64,000 bases of DNA from an uncultured Candidatus Actinomarina sp. (GCA_902634185.1 CACPJC010000003.1:32369-96368); one strand, 5' to 3'; counted from the stretch's first letter, positions 1 through 9,365 are shown. Notes: generated by a model not told the origin, from the letters alone. Translations and numbers: made by a program.

Positions 1-76
1 CATGTGTCCTTGGGATACCTCTTGATGCAATAAAACCTACACCACAAGAATCTTTTTCTTCGAAATGAAATGTCAT
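1..76 (-). CDS. gltB: Glutamate synthase large subunit, N-terminal fragment; the gene runs off the window start
   Basis: Reverse strand from the ATG at 76..74 translates as MTFHFEEKDSCGVGFIASRGIPRTH. The CGVGFIA Ntn-amidotransferase N-terminus is typical of GltB. It lies directly downstream of amt on the same strand. Confidence 0.5.
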   Translation of the reverse strand, partial: MTFHFEEKDSCGVGFIASRGIPRTH

Positions 77-181
77 TAGTATGATAATTTTACTATGAAT
101 AAAGGGTTATTTAAATAAGAAAACCAGCCTTAAAAATCTTTAGGGGGGGACCTAAATTTAGCTGGTTTTCTTAATTATTTG

Positions 182-1381
182 TTACTTTTTAGTGATGAAA
201 TCTCCATATGCTGATGTTCCGTGCTCTGTAGCATCCAACCCAGCAATTTCTTCTTCAGCTGTAACTCTAAGTCCAACTGTTGAATCAATAGCTTTAAACA
301 CAAGGAAAGATGTTCCATATGCCCAAGCACCAATTGCTAAAATACCGATTAATTGTGGCAGAAACAATGTGGCTCCTCCGCCATAGACTAAACCATCTGT
401 AGTATCAAAAATTGCCACAGCTAGTACACCCCAGATACCACATATTCCATGAACTGAGACAGCACCTACAGCATCATCAAATCCTTTTTTCTCTAAGAAG
501 TTGATGGAGTACACAACTAACACACCTGAAACCAAACCGATTAGAACTGCACCTAAGTTGTTTACATTTGCACAACCAGCAGTTATTCCAACTAAACCAG
601 CTAGAGCACCATTTAAGGTCATACCAACATTTGGTTTACCCGAAATCATTGATGTATACATCGCAGTTATAGAACCTGCAGAAGCTGATAAAGTAGTTGT
701 TACTGCAATTGCTGCAAGGTCAACATCTACTGCTGCTAAAGCAGATCCAACGTTAAATCCATACCATCCAAACCAGAGGATAAATACACCAAGTGCTCCA
801 GCTACCATTGAGCTTCCAGGTATTACTTGAGGGTTTCCATTATCGTCGTATTTTCCAATTCTTGGACCCACAATTTGAACACCAGCTAGGGCTGCAAAGC
901 CACCAACCATGTGTACAACACCAGAACCTGCAAAGTCAATGAAACCTAAGTCACCGAGCCAACCTTGACCACTCCAGACCCAGTGGGTAACTATTGGATA
1001 AATTACACCACATATAAATGGTTGAAATAATAAGTATGCGCTAAATTTTGTTCTTTCTGCGACTGCACCAGAAACAATTGTTGCTGCAGTTGCCGCAAAG
1101 ACTACTTGGAAGAAGTAGGTAATTGAGTCACCTTCCAAAAAGAAACTACCATAGGCTAAAAATCCACCAAGAGTAGTTCCACCGTATGCCAATGCAAATC
1201 CAAATGCCCAATAGGTAATTGCACCGACTGAAAAGTCCATAAAGTTTTTCATAACTATATTGACTGAGTTTTTAGATCTTGTAAATCCGGTCTCCACAAG
1301 CATAAAGCCAGGTTGCATGAACATGACTAATATACCTGCAACAACGATCCACAAGCTATCTACATAAGTTGCTAGTTCCAT
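182..1381 (-). CDS. amt: Ammonium transporter, Amt family
   Basis: 399-aa polytopic membrane protein with Amt/MEP signature blocks (DFAGSGVVH, twin-His region GALAGL...GCANVNNLGA). Confidence 0.9.
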   Translation of the reverse strand: MELATYVDSLWIVVAGILVMFMQPGFMLVETGFTRSKNSVNIVMKNFMDFSVGAITYWAFGFALAYGGTTLGGFLAYGSFFLEGDSITYFFQVVFAATAATIVSGAVAERTKFSAYLLFQPFICGVIYPIVTHWVWSGQGWLGDLGFIDFAGSGVVHMVGGFAALAGVQIVGPRIGKYDDNGNPQVIPGSSMVAGALGVFILWFGWYGFNVGSALAAVDVDLAAIAVTTTLSASAGSITAMYTSMISGKPNVGMTLNGALAGLVGITAGCANVNNLGAVLIGLVSGVLVVYSINFLEKKGFDDAVGAVSVHGICGIWGVLAVAIFDTTDGLVYGGGATLFLPQLIGILAIGAWAYGTSFLVFKAIDSTVGLRVTAEEEIAGLDATEHGTSAYGDFITKK

Positions 1382-1461
1382 TTTTTAAATCTCCTTTTGT
1401 AACAACCTAATTAAATATAGATGTTAAGAGACCTCTTAAAAGTTAAATGATTATTACCGGA

Positions 1462-1482
1462 ATGTTTCATAAATGTTTCACA
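1462..1482. promoter_or_regulatory. Direct repeat ATGTTTCA-n3-ATGTTTCAC (GAAAC-n6-GAAAC on the other strand) in the amt/metG divergent intergenic region; candidate GlnR-type box
   Basis: Two copies of ATGTTTCA 11 bp apart, about 80-100 bp upstream of the amt start. It resembles actinobacterial GlnR b-site repeats (GaAAc-n6-GaAAc). Confidence 0.25.
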
Positions 1483-1525
1483 AAAATGTAGTCTTTGTGA
1501 TTTAAAAGTCTATTCTTAAAGTGTT

Positions 1526-3145
1526 ATGTCAAAAAATGTATTAGTTTGTGTGGCTTGGCCATATGCAAGCGGGTCAAGACATCTAGGCCATATTGGTGGA
1601 GCATATCTGCCTGCTGATATTTTTGCAAGGTACCACAGAGCTGTTGGTAACAATGTTTTAATGGTGTCAGGAAGCGACGTTCACGGTACCCCAATAACTG
1701 TAAGAGCTGATGCAGAAGGTGTTCAACCAATAGATATAGTCAATAAATATCACAATGAATTTTTGGGGTATTGGGAAAAACTTCGTATTTCTTGGGATAA
1801 CTATACAACAACAATGACTGATAATCATAAAGAAGTTACTCAGGAAATGTTCTTAAAAATAAAAGAGAATGGCTTTATTGAAAAAAATAAAAGTATCCAG
1901 GCTTTTGATCCACAAGAAAAAAAGTTTTTACCTGATAGATATGTAGAGGGTACTTGTCCTTGTCCTGTTGCTTATAGTGAAGCAAGAGGTGACCAATGTG
2001 ATAGCTGTGGTAAAACTCTTGATCCAGAAGAGTTAATAAATCCTATAAGTAAAATATCTGGAAACAAAGCAGAATTTAAAGAGACTGAACATTATTTTTT
2101 AAAGTTAAGTGCTCTAAATGACAGACTTTCTGATTGGTTAAATAGCAAAGAAGGTTGGAGACCTCACGTTATAAACTTTTCTAAATCATTTGTTGAAGAA
2201 GGTCTACAAGATAGAGCTATAACGAGAGATTTAGACTGGGGAATCGACATTCCAGAAAATGAATTAGGTGATGGAAAAAAAATATACGTATGGTTTGAAG
2301 CTGTAATTGGTTATTTATCTGCAGCTAAAGAATGGGCAATAACCAATGGCACACCTGATGCATGGAAAGATTTTTGGATGAATGAGGATGCAGAGTCTTA
2401 TTATTTTGTTGGAAAAGATAATGTTCCTTTTCATGCAATAATATGGCCTGCCATGTTACTTGCATATGGTGATTTGAACCTACCAACAAATGTTCCGGCA
2501 AACCAGTACATATTGATTAAAGGTGAAAAGGCATCTGCAAGTAGGGGTGTTGGAAAAACTTTGAACGATTATCTTGATGAATGGAATCCAGATTCATTAA
2601 GATACGCACTAGCCAGTATCCTGCCAGAGCAAAATGATTCTGAAATCTCTGAAGATGAAATGATTAGACGAAATAACGAAGAACTTGTGGCGGCATGGGG
2701 AAATTTAGTTCAAAGAGTTTTTTCACAATATATAAATAATTTTGAAAAATTAGACTTTGATTTTGAGTTAAATGAAATTGATAAAAAAATAATTGATGAA
2801 GCTAGTGTTTGTTTTGAAAAGACAAGTGAATTAATCGAAAAGGTCGAACTCAAATCATCACTTCAGTCAGTTATGGGATATGTAAATAAAATAAATGCTT
2901 ATCTTAATGAAACAGAACCATGGAAGATAATAAAAGAGGACAACGCCAGAGCAACAGCAATACTACACACATCACTTACAGCAATAGATGCATGTGCATC
3001 ATTATTTACTCCTTTTATGCCGACAACATCTGAGGTTGTAAAAAATGCAATTGAAAAAAATACAAATAATAATTGGTCAGTAAACGACATAAAAAAAGGT
3101 GCCCCTTTAGAAAATATTGGACACCTTTTTAAAAAATTTGATTAG
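1526..3145 (+). CDS. metG: Methionyl-tRNA synthetase
   Basis: PYASGSRHLGH (HIGH-type) motif, CPCP...CDSC zinc knuckle, and a KMSKS-region variant KASASRG, followed by DSLRYALAS as in MetRS. Confidence 0.85.
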   Translation: MSKNVLVCVAWPYASGSRHLGHIGGAYLPADIFARYHRAVGNNVLMVSGSDVHGTPITVRADAEGVQPIDIVNKYHNEFLGYWEKLRISWDNYTTTMTDNHKEVTQEMFLKIKENGFIEKNKSIQAFDPQEKKFLPDRYVEGTCPCPVAYSEARGDQCDSCGKTLDPEELINPISKISGNKAEFKETEHYFLKLSALNDRLSDWLNSKEGWRPHVINFSKSFVEEGLQDRAITRDLDWGIDIPENELGDGKKIYVWFEAVIGYLSAAKEWAITNGTPDAWKDFWMNEDAESYYFVGKDNVPFHAIIWPAMLLAYGDLNLPTNVPANQYILIKGEKASASRGVGKTLNDYLDEWNPDSLRYALASILPEQNDSEISEDEMIRRNNEELVAAWGNLVQRVFSQYINNFEKLDFDFELNEIDKKIIDEASVCFEKTSELIEKVELKSSLQSVMGYVNKINAYLNETEPWKIIKEDNARATAILHTSLTAIDACASLFTPFMPTTSEVVKNAIEKNTNNNWSVNDIKKGAPLENIGHLFKKFD

Positions 3146-3528
3146 CTCTTTGTAGCTTGAAATACCTCATCTATTTCATTAATCAAACCTAGAAGTTCCT
3201 CGCCTACAGCAGGATCTTCTGTTTTCTTTGCTTCTCCAGCTTTCTTTGTTGCATTCCAAAAAAGATCATGAACATTTGGAAATTTTTCAAGGTGTTCTGG
3301 CTTGAAATAATCTGTCCACAATACCCATAGATCTTTCTTAACCTCTTCAGCCATATCTTCTTTAATGGTGATGCATCGTTGTTTGAATGCAGCATCATCA
3401 GATTCTTGATATTTTTTGGAGGCATTTACAACTGACTCTGCATTGATTCTTGCTTGTGCAGGATCATAGACACCGCATGGCAAATCACAATGAGCATGAG
3501 CTACTCTTGTTGGTTTAAATAACTTCAT
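3142..3528 (-). CDS. sodN: Nickel superoxide dismutase precursor
   Basis: Ni-hook HCDLPCGVYDP directly after a short MKLFKPTRVAHA propeptide. 128 aa. Confidence 0.9.
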   Translation of the reverse strand: MKLFKPTRVAHAHCDLPCGVYDPAQARINAESVVNASKKYQESDDAAFKQRCITIKEDMAEEVKKDLWVLWTDYFKPEHLEKFPNVHDLFWNATKKAGEAKKTEDPAVGEELLGLINEIDEVFQATKS

Positions 3529-3576
3529 AAATCTCCTTTAATAATCTACTATTAATTTTAATAACAAAAAAACTAT

Positions 3577-4080
3577 ATGATTAAAAGCATTACACGGATA
3601 TTAAATATTAGAAACCTTCTTATCATCGCTGTCTATTTATTTCTAAAAAATAATAAAGATGGAACATATAGAACATATGAAATCAAAGAAGAAAGTATGG
3701 AGCCATCATTACATGAAGGCGATTACGTATTAGCTATAAAAGTTGCAGAACCATTAAATCGAGGTGATATTGTTATTTATGAATATGCTCCAAAAAATAT
3801 TGAAATAATTAAACGAGTCATCGGACTTCCAGGTGAGACTATTTCAAATGAAGATGGGGAGATAAAAGTTGATGGAAAATCAATTAGCGATAGTTGGGGT
3901 AATGGTAAGTCAGCTTCTTTTGAAACTATTACATTGCAGGAAGATGAATTATTTGTATTAGGAGATAATAGAGAAAAATCTTCTAGTGATTCGTCATCTA
4001 TTGGTCCAATTAAAAATGAGGATTGTTGGAAATTAAGATATCTCTATTGGCCCTATCATAAGTTTAAGAGTTATGAATAA
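3577..4080 (+). CDS. sodX: S26-family signal-peptidase-like protease, probable Ni-SOD maturation peptidase
   Basis: N-terminal TM helix, SMEPSL (S26 catalytic Ser box), IKRVIGLPGE and GDNREKSSDS boxes. It is divergent from sodN across a 48-bp spacer. Confidence 0.7.
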   Translation: MIKSITRILNIRNLLIIAVYLFLKNNKDGTYRTYEIKEESMEPSLHEGDYVLAIKVAEPLNRGDIVIYEYAPKNIEIIKRVIGLPGETISNEDGEIKVDGKSISDSWGNGKSASFETITLQEDELFVLGDNREKSSSDSSSIGPIKNEDCWKLRYLYWPYHKFKSYE

Positions 4081-4261
4081 TTTAGTTTGTACCTGGTGTA
4101 AAAGAGAAATGACCTATCTTCATGGTCATGGAGCTTGTATCAACAATCAATGTCCTATGTTTGGTTTGAACCAAGCTGAATGTTGTGATGGTGAAACTGT
4201 TTCAAACTGTGTTTCACCACAGAAAAATGAAATAACATTATCCCCGCGTGCATTAAACTAG
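4073..4261 (+). CDS. Small Cys-rich (8 Cys) hypothetical protein, possible zinc-binding
   Basis: 62-aa ORF that overlaps the sodX stop (ATGAATAA). It has paired Cys motifs CTWC...C...C...CC...C. No recognisable family. Confidence 0.3.
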   Translation: MNNLVCTWCKREMTYLHGHGACINNQCPMFGLNQAECCDGETVSNCVSPQKNEITLSPRALN

Positions 4262-4278
4262 GCAGGTAAAGTTAAATT

Positions 4279-6969
4279 ATGAGTGAAGAAAAACCTTTAA
4301 ACGTACCTGAATATCTATTGATTAGGTCTGCTGAGGCAAGAGCTAAACATTTAGGTATTTCTGTTGAACAAGCTTTAGCTGAAATCAAGGGAGAAGCTCA
4401 ACCAGTAGTTGAGGAACCTGTAGCTGAAGTTGAAGAACCTGTAGTTGAAGTTGAAGAGCCAGTTGAAGAGGAACCTGTAGCTGAAGTTGAAGAACCTATA
4501 GTTGAAGTTGAAGAGCCAGTTGAAGAACCTGTAGTTGAAGTTGAAGAGCCAGTTGAAGAACCTGTAGTTGAACAAGAACCTTTAGAGGAAGTAAGCATAG
4601 AAAATAAAACTGTTGAGTCTATACCAGCCGTTACCATTCGTTTTGCTGGTGATTCAGGTGATGGTATGCAATTAGTTGGTACTAGATTCACAGACACTTC
4701 TGCTTTATTTGGAAACGACCTTGCTACTTTGCCAGCGTTTCCTGCTGAAATTAGGGCTCCTCAAGGAACAGTTGCAGGTGTATCTTCCTTCCAAGTTCAA
4801 ATTGCTGACTTTGATATTTTGACACCAGGAGATGCCCCTGATGTTTTAGTTGCTATGAACCCTGCTGCTTTGAAAGCTCACCTACAAGATTTAACACCAA
4901 ACGGAATGTTGATATTAAACGAAGATGCTTTTGATGAAAAAAATATTAAAAAAGCAGGTTATGGGATAGATCCTAGAGAATCTGAGGAACTTGATGGATA
5001 TAGAATTTTTCAAGTCCCAATGGAAAAACTAACAAAGGAAGCTTTGGAGGAATTTGATTTACCTGGAAGAGCAGTTTTACGTTCTAAAAATATGATAGCT
5101 CTTGGTTTAATTTCATGGACTTTTAACAGAGATCTAAAAGATACTGAAAATTGGATAAACGAGAAATTCAAAAATCTACCAGAAGTCGCAAAAGCAAACA
5201 TAAAAGCACTCAAGACTGGATACAACTTTGGTATTACAGTTGAGGCATTTCACCATACTTATAAAGTAGATAAGGCCTCATTACCAGCTGGAGAGTATAC
5301 AAATATAAATGGAAATATCGGTTTAAGTTGGGGTCTTATTGCGGGTGCTAAAAAAGCTAATCTCGATCTGTTTTACGGAAGTTATCCTATTACTCCTGCA
5401 TCAGATATATTGCATGAGTTATCAAAACACAAAAATTTCAATGTGTTGACTTTCCAAGCTGAAGATGAAATTGCAGCTGCTGCAGCAGCAGTAGGTGCTT
5501 CCTTTACAGGAAAGCTTGCAGTTACAGGAACCAGTGGACCAGGTCTTGCTCTAAAAAGTGAAACCATATCTTTAGCCCTTTCTGCAGAATTGCCTTTAGT
5601 AGTAGTTAATGTTCAAAGGGGTGGGCCATCAACGGGACTACCTACAAAACCAGAACAGTCTGATCTAATGTTTGCAATGTATGGACGCCATGGAGAGGCT
5701 CCTTTACCAGTAGTTGCAGCTAAATCCCCATCTCATGCTTTCTATGCAGCGTTTGAGGCAACACGTATTGCTCTTAAATATATGACACCCGTTATTTTAT
5801 TGTCAGACAACTATGTTGCTACAGGTTCTGAGCCATGGAAACTACCTGAGATTGAAAACCTTGATGAATTGGGAACAAATTTAACCACGACTTACAACAC
5901 TGAAGATGGGTTTTTACCATTTTTTAGAGATTACGAAACTAATGCTCGACCATGGGCTATTCCTGGAGTACCAGGATTAGAGCATCGTGTAGGTGGATTA
6001 GAAAAAGAAGATGGAACTGGAAATGTTTCTTATGACACTGATAATCACCAATACATGACAGATATGAGAGCATGGAAAATTGAAAATATAGCAAATGATA
6101 TTGACCCACTTGAAATAAATGGAGACATATCATCAGATACTCTCATTTTGGGTTGGGGATCAACTTTTGGTGGTATCACACAAGCTGTAAACAGACTCAA
6201 TTCAAAAGGTGTAAAGGTAGCAAGTGCACACTTCACACACATCAATCCTTTCCCAGACAACACGGCTGAAGTTTTGAGTCAATTTAAAAACATCATTGTC
6301 CCTGAATTAAACACTGGCCAATTGTCAAAACTTTTACGTGCACGTTATCTTGTCGATACTGTCGGAATCAATAAAGTTGAAGGTTTACCTTTTACAGCTC
6401 AAGAATTAGAAGAAAAAATCGAATCTCTCATAAACTCTTTTGGTACAAAACTCGAGCCTATCGTAGAAGAAGTTGTAGCTGAGGAAGAACCTGTAGTTGA
6501 AGAGGTTGTAGAAGAAGTTGTAGCTGAGGAAGAACCTGTAGTTGAAGAGGTTGTAGCTGAGGAAGAACCTGTAGTTGAAGAGGTTGGAATACCAGAACAC
6601 CTCATAATGAGATCTGCTGAAGCACGTGCAAAAGCATTAGGTATACCTGTTGAGCAAGTTTTAGAAGAAATGAGTGCAGATAAACCAGCAGCAGAAACCC
6701 AAGAACCAGTTGTTGAACAAGAACCAGTTCTTGAAGAAGAGCCAGTTGTTGAAGAAGTAAAATCAGATACATCTGAAGAACCAGCAGCAGAAGCTCAAGA
6801 ACCTGTAGTAGAGAGAGTTGTCGAAAGGGTCACTGAAAGAGTGACTGAGAGAATTATTGAAAAAGTTGATGAGAATATGCCTGAGAATAAAGAACTTGTT
6901 CAAGACATTGATGAAGAAAGAAACAAGGTAGAGGAAGAGAAAAAAGAGGAAGTAAAGACTGATGAGTAA
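4279..6969 (+). CDS. korA: 2-oxoglutarate/2-oxoacid:ferredoxin oxidoreductase alpha subunit with atypical N- and C-terminal extensions
   Basis: The core (about aa 115-720) matches KorA/PorA-type 2-oxoacid oxidoreductase alpha subunits. At 896 aa it is about 250 aa longer than usual. The extra length is acidic EEPVVEV repeats plus a duplicated RSAEARAK(H/A)LGI(S/P)VEQ motif at both ends. Confidence 0.85.
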   Translation: MSEEKPLNVPEYLLIRSAEARAKHLGISVEQALAEIKGEAQPVVEEPVAEVEEPVVEVEEPVEEEPVAEVEEPIVEVEEPVEEPVVEVEEPVEEPVVEQEPLEEVSIENKTVESIPAVTIRFAGDSGDGMQLVGTRFTDTSALFGNDLATLPAFPAEIRAPQGTVAGVSSFQVQIADFDILTPGDAPDVLVAMNPAALKAHLQDLTPNGMLILNEDAFDEKNIKKAGYGIDPRESEELDGYRIFQVPMEKLTKEALEEFDLPGRAVLRSKNMIALGLISWTFNRDLKDTENWINEKFKNLPEVAKANIKALKTGYNFGITVEAFHHTYKVDKASLPAGEYTNINGNIGLSWGLIAGAKKANLDLFYGSYPITPASDILHELSKHKNFNVLTFQAEDEIAAAAAAVGASFTGKLAVTGTSGPGLALKSETISLALSAELPLVVVNVQRGGPSTGLPTKPEQSDLMFAMYGRHGEAPLPVVAAKSPSHAFYAAFEATRIALKYMTPVILLSDNYVATGSEPWKLPEIENLDELGTNLTTTYNTEDGFLPFFRDYETNARPWAIPGVPGLEHRVGGLEKEDGTGNVSYDTDNHQYMTDMRAWKIENIANDIDPLEINGDISSDTLILGWGSTFGGITQAVNRLNSKGVKVASAHFTHINPFPDNTAEVLSQFKNIIVPELNTGQLSKLLRARYLVDTVGINKVEGLPFTAQELEEKIESLINSFGTKLEPIVEEVVAEEEPVVEEVVEEVVAEEEPVVEEVVAEEEPVVEEVGIPEHLIMRSAEARAKALGIPVEQVLEEMSADKPAAETQEPVVEQEPVLEEEPVVEEVKSDTSEEPAAEAQEPVVERVVERVTERVTERIIEKVDENMPENKELVQDIDEERNKVEEEKKEEVKTDE
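4380..4600 (+). repeat. Imperfect tandem nucleotide repeats (about 45-50 nt units) encoding (EEPVVEV)n in the korA 5' extension
   Basis: Repeated gaagaacctgtagttgaagttgaagagccagttgaag units are visible in the sequence. Confidence 0.8.
6470..6600 (+). repeat. Three tandem roughly 42-nt repeats (gaagttgtagctgaggaagaacctgtagttgaagaggttgta) in the korA 3' extension
   Basis: Near-identical units encode VVAEEEPVVEEV three times. Confidence 0.8.
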
Positions 6970-7978
6970 AATTCCTCTCTCATATAAAAGAGCTGACTTT
7001 GCTAGTGACCAAGAGGTTAAATGGTGCCCTGGATGTGGTGATTATACAATTCTTGCTTCAGTGCAAAACTTTATGACTGAATTAGGTATCAGAAAAGAAA
7101 ATATTGTGTTTGTATCTGGCATTGGTTGTGCAGCAAGATTTCCTTACTACATGAACACATACGGTTTACATTCTATCCATGGTCGTGCTCCTGCAGTAGC
7201 TACTGGAGTAAGTGCATCTAACCCAGATCTTTCAGTTTGGGTAGTATCTGGAGATGGTGACGCACTATCTATTGGAGGAAACCACTTAATTCATGCACTA
7301 AGAAGAAATGTAAATATGAAGATTTTAATGTTCAATAATCAAATATATGGACTTACCAAAGGACAGTATTCCCCTACCAGTGAAGAAGGAAAGAAAACAA
7401 AATCTTCTCCCTTTGGTTCTGTAGAGCTTCCACTAAACCCAATGAGTTTAGCCTTAGGAGCTGAGGCATCATTTGTTGCAAGGTCAATTGATATGGATAG
7501 AGATCTTACAGCAGAGGTACTTCGAGCAGCATCTGAACATGAGGGCTCAGCTTATGTTGAGATTTATCAAAACTGTAACGTTTTTAATGACAAAGCCTTT
7601 GAGCAGTTAACTTCAAAGGAAGGAAAAATAGCAAATCGTATAAATCTAAAACATGGTGAGAAAGTTATCTTTGGAGCAGAAGATGAAAATGCTGTAACAA
7701 TTCGTGATGGAGAAGCGGTCATAGTCAAAAGATCTGAAATAGATGATAGTGAGATTTATGTTCATGACATTACAAAAGATAACCCTTCAATTGCTTTTTC
7801 ATTATCAAGATTATCTCATGGGCCTTATGGGCCAACGCCAGTAGGTATCTTTAGACAAGTTGAAAGAGATACTTACAATGATGAAGTCAGAGAACAAATT
7901 GACTCATCTATTGAGCAAAAAGGTGAAGGAGAACTTGATAAGCTTATTCGTTCTTTAGGAACTTGGGAAGTTAACTAA
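6962..7978 (+). CDS. korB: 2-oxoglutarate/2-oxoacid:ferredoxin oxidoreductase beta subunit (TPP-binding)
   Basis: CPGCGDY... TPP-binding beta subunit. 8-bp overlap with korA. Confidence 0.85.
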   Translation: MSKIPLSYKRADFASDQEVKWCPGCGDYTILASVQNFMTELGIRKENIVFVSGIGCAARFPYYMNTYGLHSIHGRAPAVATGVSASNPDLSVWVVSGDGDALSIGGNHLIHALRRNVNMKILMFNNQIYGLTKGQYSPTSEEGKKTKSSPFGSVELPLNPMSLALGAEASFVARSIDMDRDLTAEVLRAASEHEGSAYVEIYQNCNVFNDKAFEQLTSKEGKIANRINLKHGEKVIFGAEDENAVTIRDGEAVIVKRSEIDDSEIYVHDITKDNPSIAFSLSRLSHGPYGPTPVGIFRQVERDTYNDEVREQIDSSIEQKGEGELDKLIRSLGTWEVN

Positions 7979-9365
7979 GGGCAGCGTTTAATCTTATCTC
8001 ATCTAAGAATATTTCATTAAACAATTTGCCGTTTTCATATCTTTTTTTTAACAAATTATTTTGAATTTCTTTATCTTCTGAAATAATCTTAATTTTTTGA
8101 TTCTTCATTATTGCAAAACGCCCTCCTCTAGAATTTTTTGATTTGTCTGTTATCGGTTTTTTGTAAACATCTCTCCACGCCACACCGTCATGTAATGCAG
8201 AAACTTTCATGGCAAATGAAAAAGTATCTCTATCGACTTTTTGCAACAATGAACCTCCCATACCGAAAGTAATGTTATTTGCTGAATACTTGTTCTTCTG
8301 CATTGATAAAAGAATTTCATTAATAACATCTTTGTCTACTCCATCACCTTGAATGACTCTTATGTAATCAGGTAGCTCTTTATACCCTTTATCATTCCAT
8401 AAAAATCCAAAGTTTTTTTCATTTGATAATATATCTAATAACTTAATAATCGTTTCAGGTAAATCTCCTGAGTCTGGCCTAACTACAAGCCTTCCACCAG
8501 AGTTAATAATTTTTGATTTGAGTTCATTAGAGATAATATTTGTTGCTGTATCAAAAGTATTGTATGAATCAATAACCGAAGCAGCAACTTTACCATCTTC
8601 TTTCAAGAAAATATCAATAACATTTTCATGAGCTTCTAATTCATTTTCTTCTCCCCAGGAAGTAATTGTTGAATGTTCCGAGGCAGGAATTGAGTAAGAT
8701 ATGTCTTCTCCCGAATAATAATCTCTTAAAAATATTGCTCCCTCAACAGTATCAGAGCCAAGAAAATTTATAAGGTGTGCTGCTCCTCCAATTTGTGATG
8801 ATTCTAAACTAGATACTCCTCTTGCGCCAAAATCATGAAGCTTAAATGGTAAATCTTCTTCATACTTAGTTGAAGTTATAGATAAATAATGATTTATTAT
8901 TTTTTTTATTTCTCTCGAAATTGTCGATACAGTAGTTGGATACCAAATAGACCTTAAAAGAGCTGTTTCAATATATGAAACAAGCCATGGAACTTTAATA
9001 TCAGTATTCACTATCTGAACTAGTGGAATAGGGTTATCAACTATACTTCCTTCATCAATTGATTGAATTTCTAGCGGAAGAAATCCATTATGCTGATTTA
9101 AAATGTACTCCCAGTCTTGACGATTAAATATCCCTATATGATCCATATAAAATTTTTCTGCTTCATTAATATCTTCCATGGTTATAGGATTTAACAGATA
9201 CTTCTTAATAAAGGCTTGGAGGCCAAAAAATACAAGTTCTTGATTATTTAAATCCCTTGCTTCAATATATGCTGATAATTTCTGAGTACTTTTTGGGTAT
9301 TGTTTAAAATGTGAAACTTTATAAGAATCTACATCAAGTATAAAATTATATTTTTTTGTGTTCAT
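7971..9365 (-). CDS. nadV: Nicotinamide phosphoribosyltransferase (NAMPT family)
   Basis: N-terminal LDVDSYKVSHFKQYP matches the NAMPT DSYKVTHYKQYP signature. 464 aa. Confidence 0.8.
   Translation of the reverse strand: MNTKKYNFILDVDSYKVSHFKQYPKSTQKLSAYIEARDLNNQELVFFGLQAFIKKYLLNPITMEDINEAEKFYMDHIGIFNRQDWEYILNQHNGFLPLEIQSIDEGSIVDNPIPLVQIVNTDIKVPWLVSYIETALLRSIWYPTTVSTISREIKKIINHYLSITSTKYEEDLPFKLHDFGARGVSSLESSQIGGAAHLINFLGSDTVEGAIFLRDYYSGEDISYSIPASEHSTITSWGEENELEAHENVIDIFLKEDGKVAASVIDSYNTFDTATNIISNELKSKIINSGGRLVVRPDSGDLPETIIKLLDILSNEKNFGFLWNDKGYKELPDYIRVIQGDGVDKDVINEILLSMQKNKYSANNITFGMGGSLLQKVDRDTFSFAMKVSALHDGVAWRDVYKKPITDKSKNSRGGRFAIMKNQKIKIISEDKEIQNNLLKKRYENGKLFNEIFLDEIRLNAALS

Noticed and set aside
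1524-1730. 68-aa minus-strand ORF overlapping the metG start
   Set aside because: It overlaps the conserved N-terminus of MetRS on the opposite strand and has a Leu/Gln-rich AT-bias translation.
4375-4697. Minus-strand ORFs (66 and 99 aa; FNYRFFNWL and SSTGSS repeats) inside korA
   Set aside because: They are antisense echoes of the (EEPVVEV)n coding repeats. They are low-complexity, have no start context, and are fully inside a well-supported gene.
6399-6605. Two overlapping minus-strand ORFs within the korA 3' extension
   Set aside because: They are repeat-generated antisense ORFs with SSTTGSS low-complexity translations.
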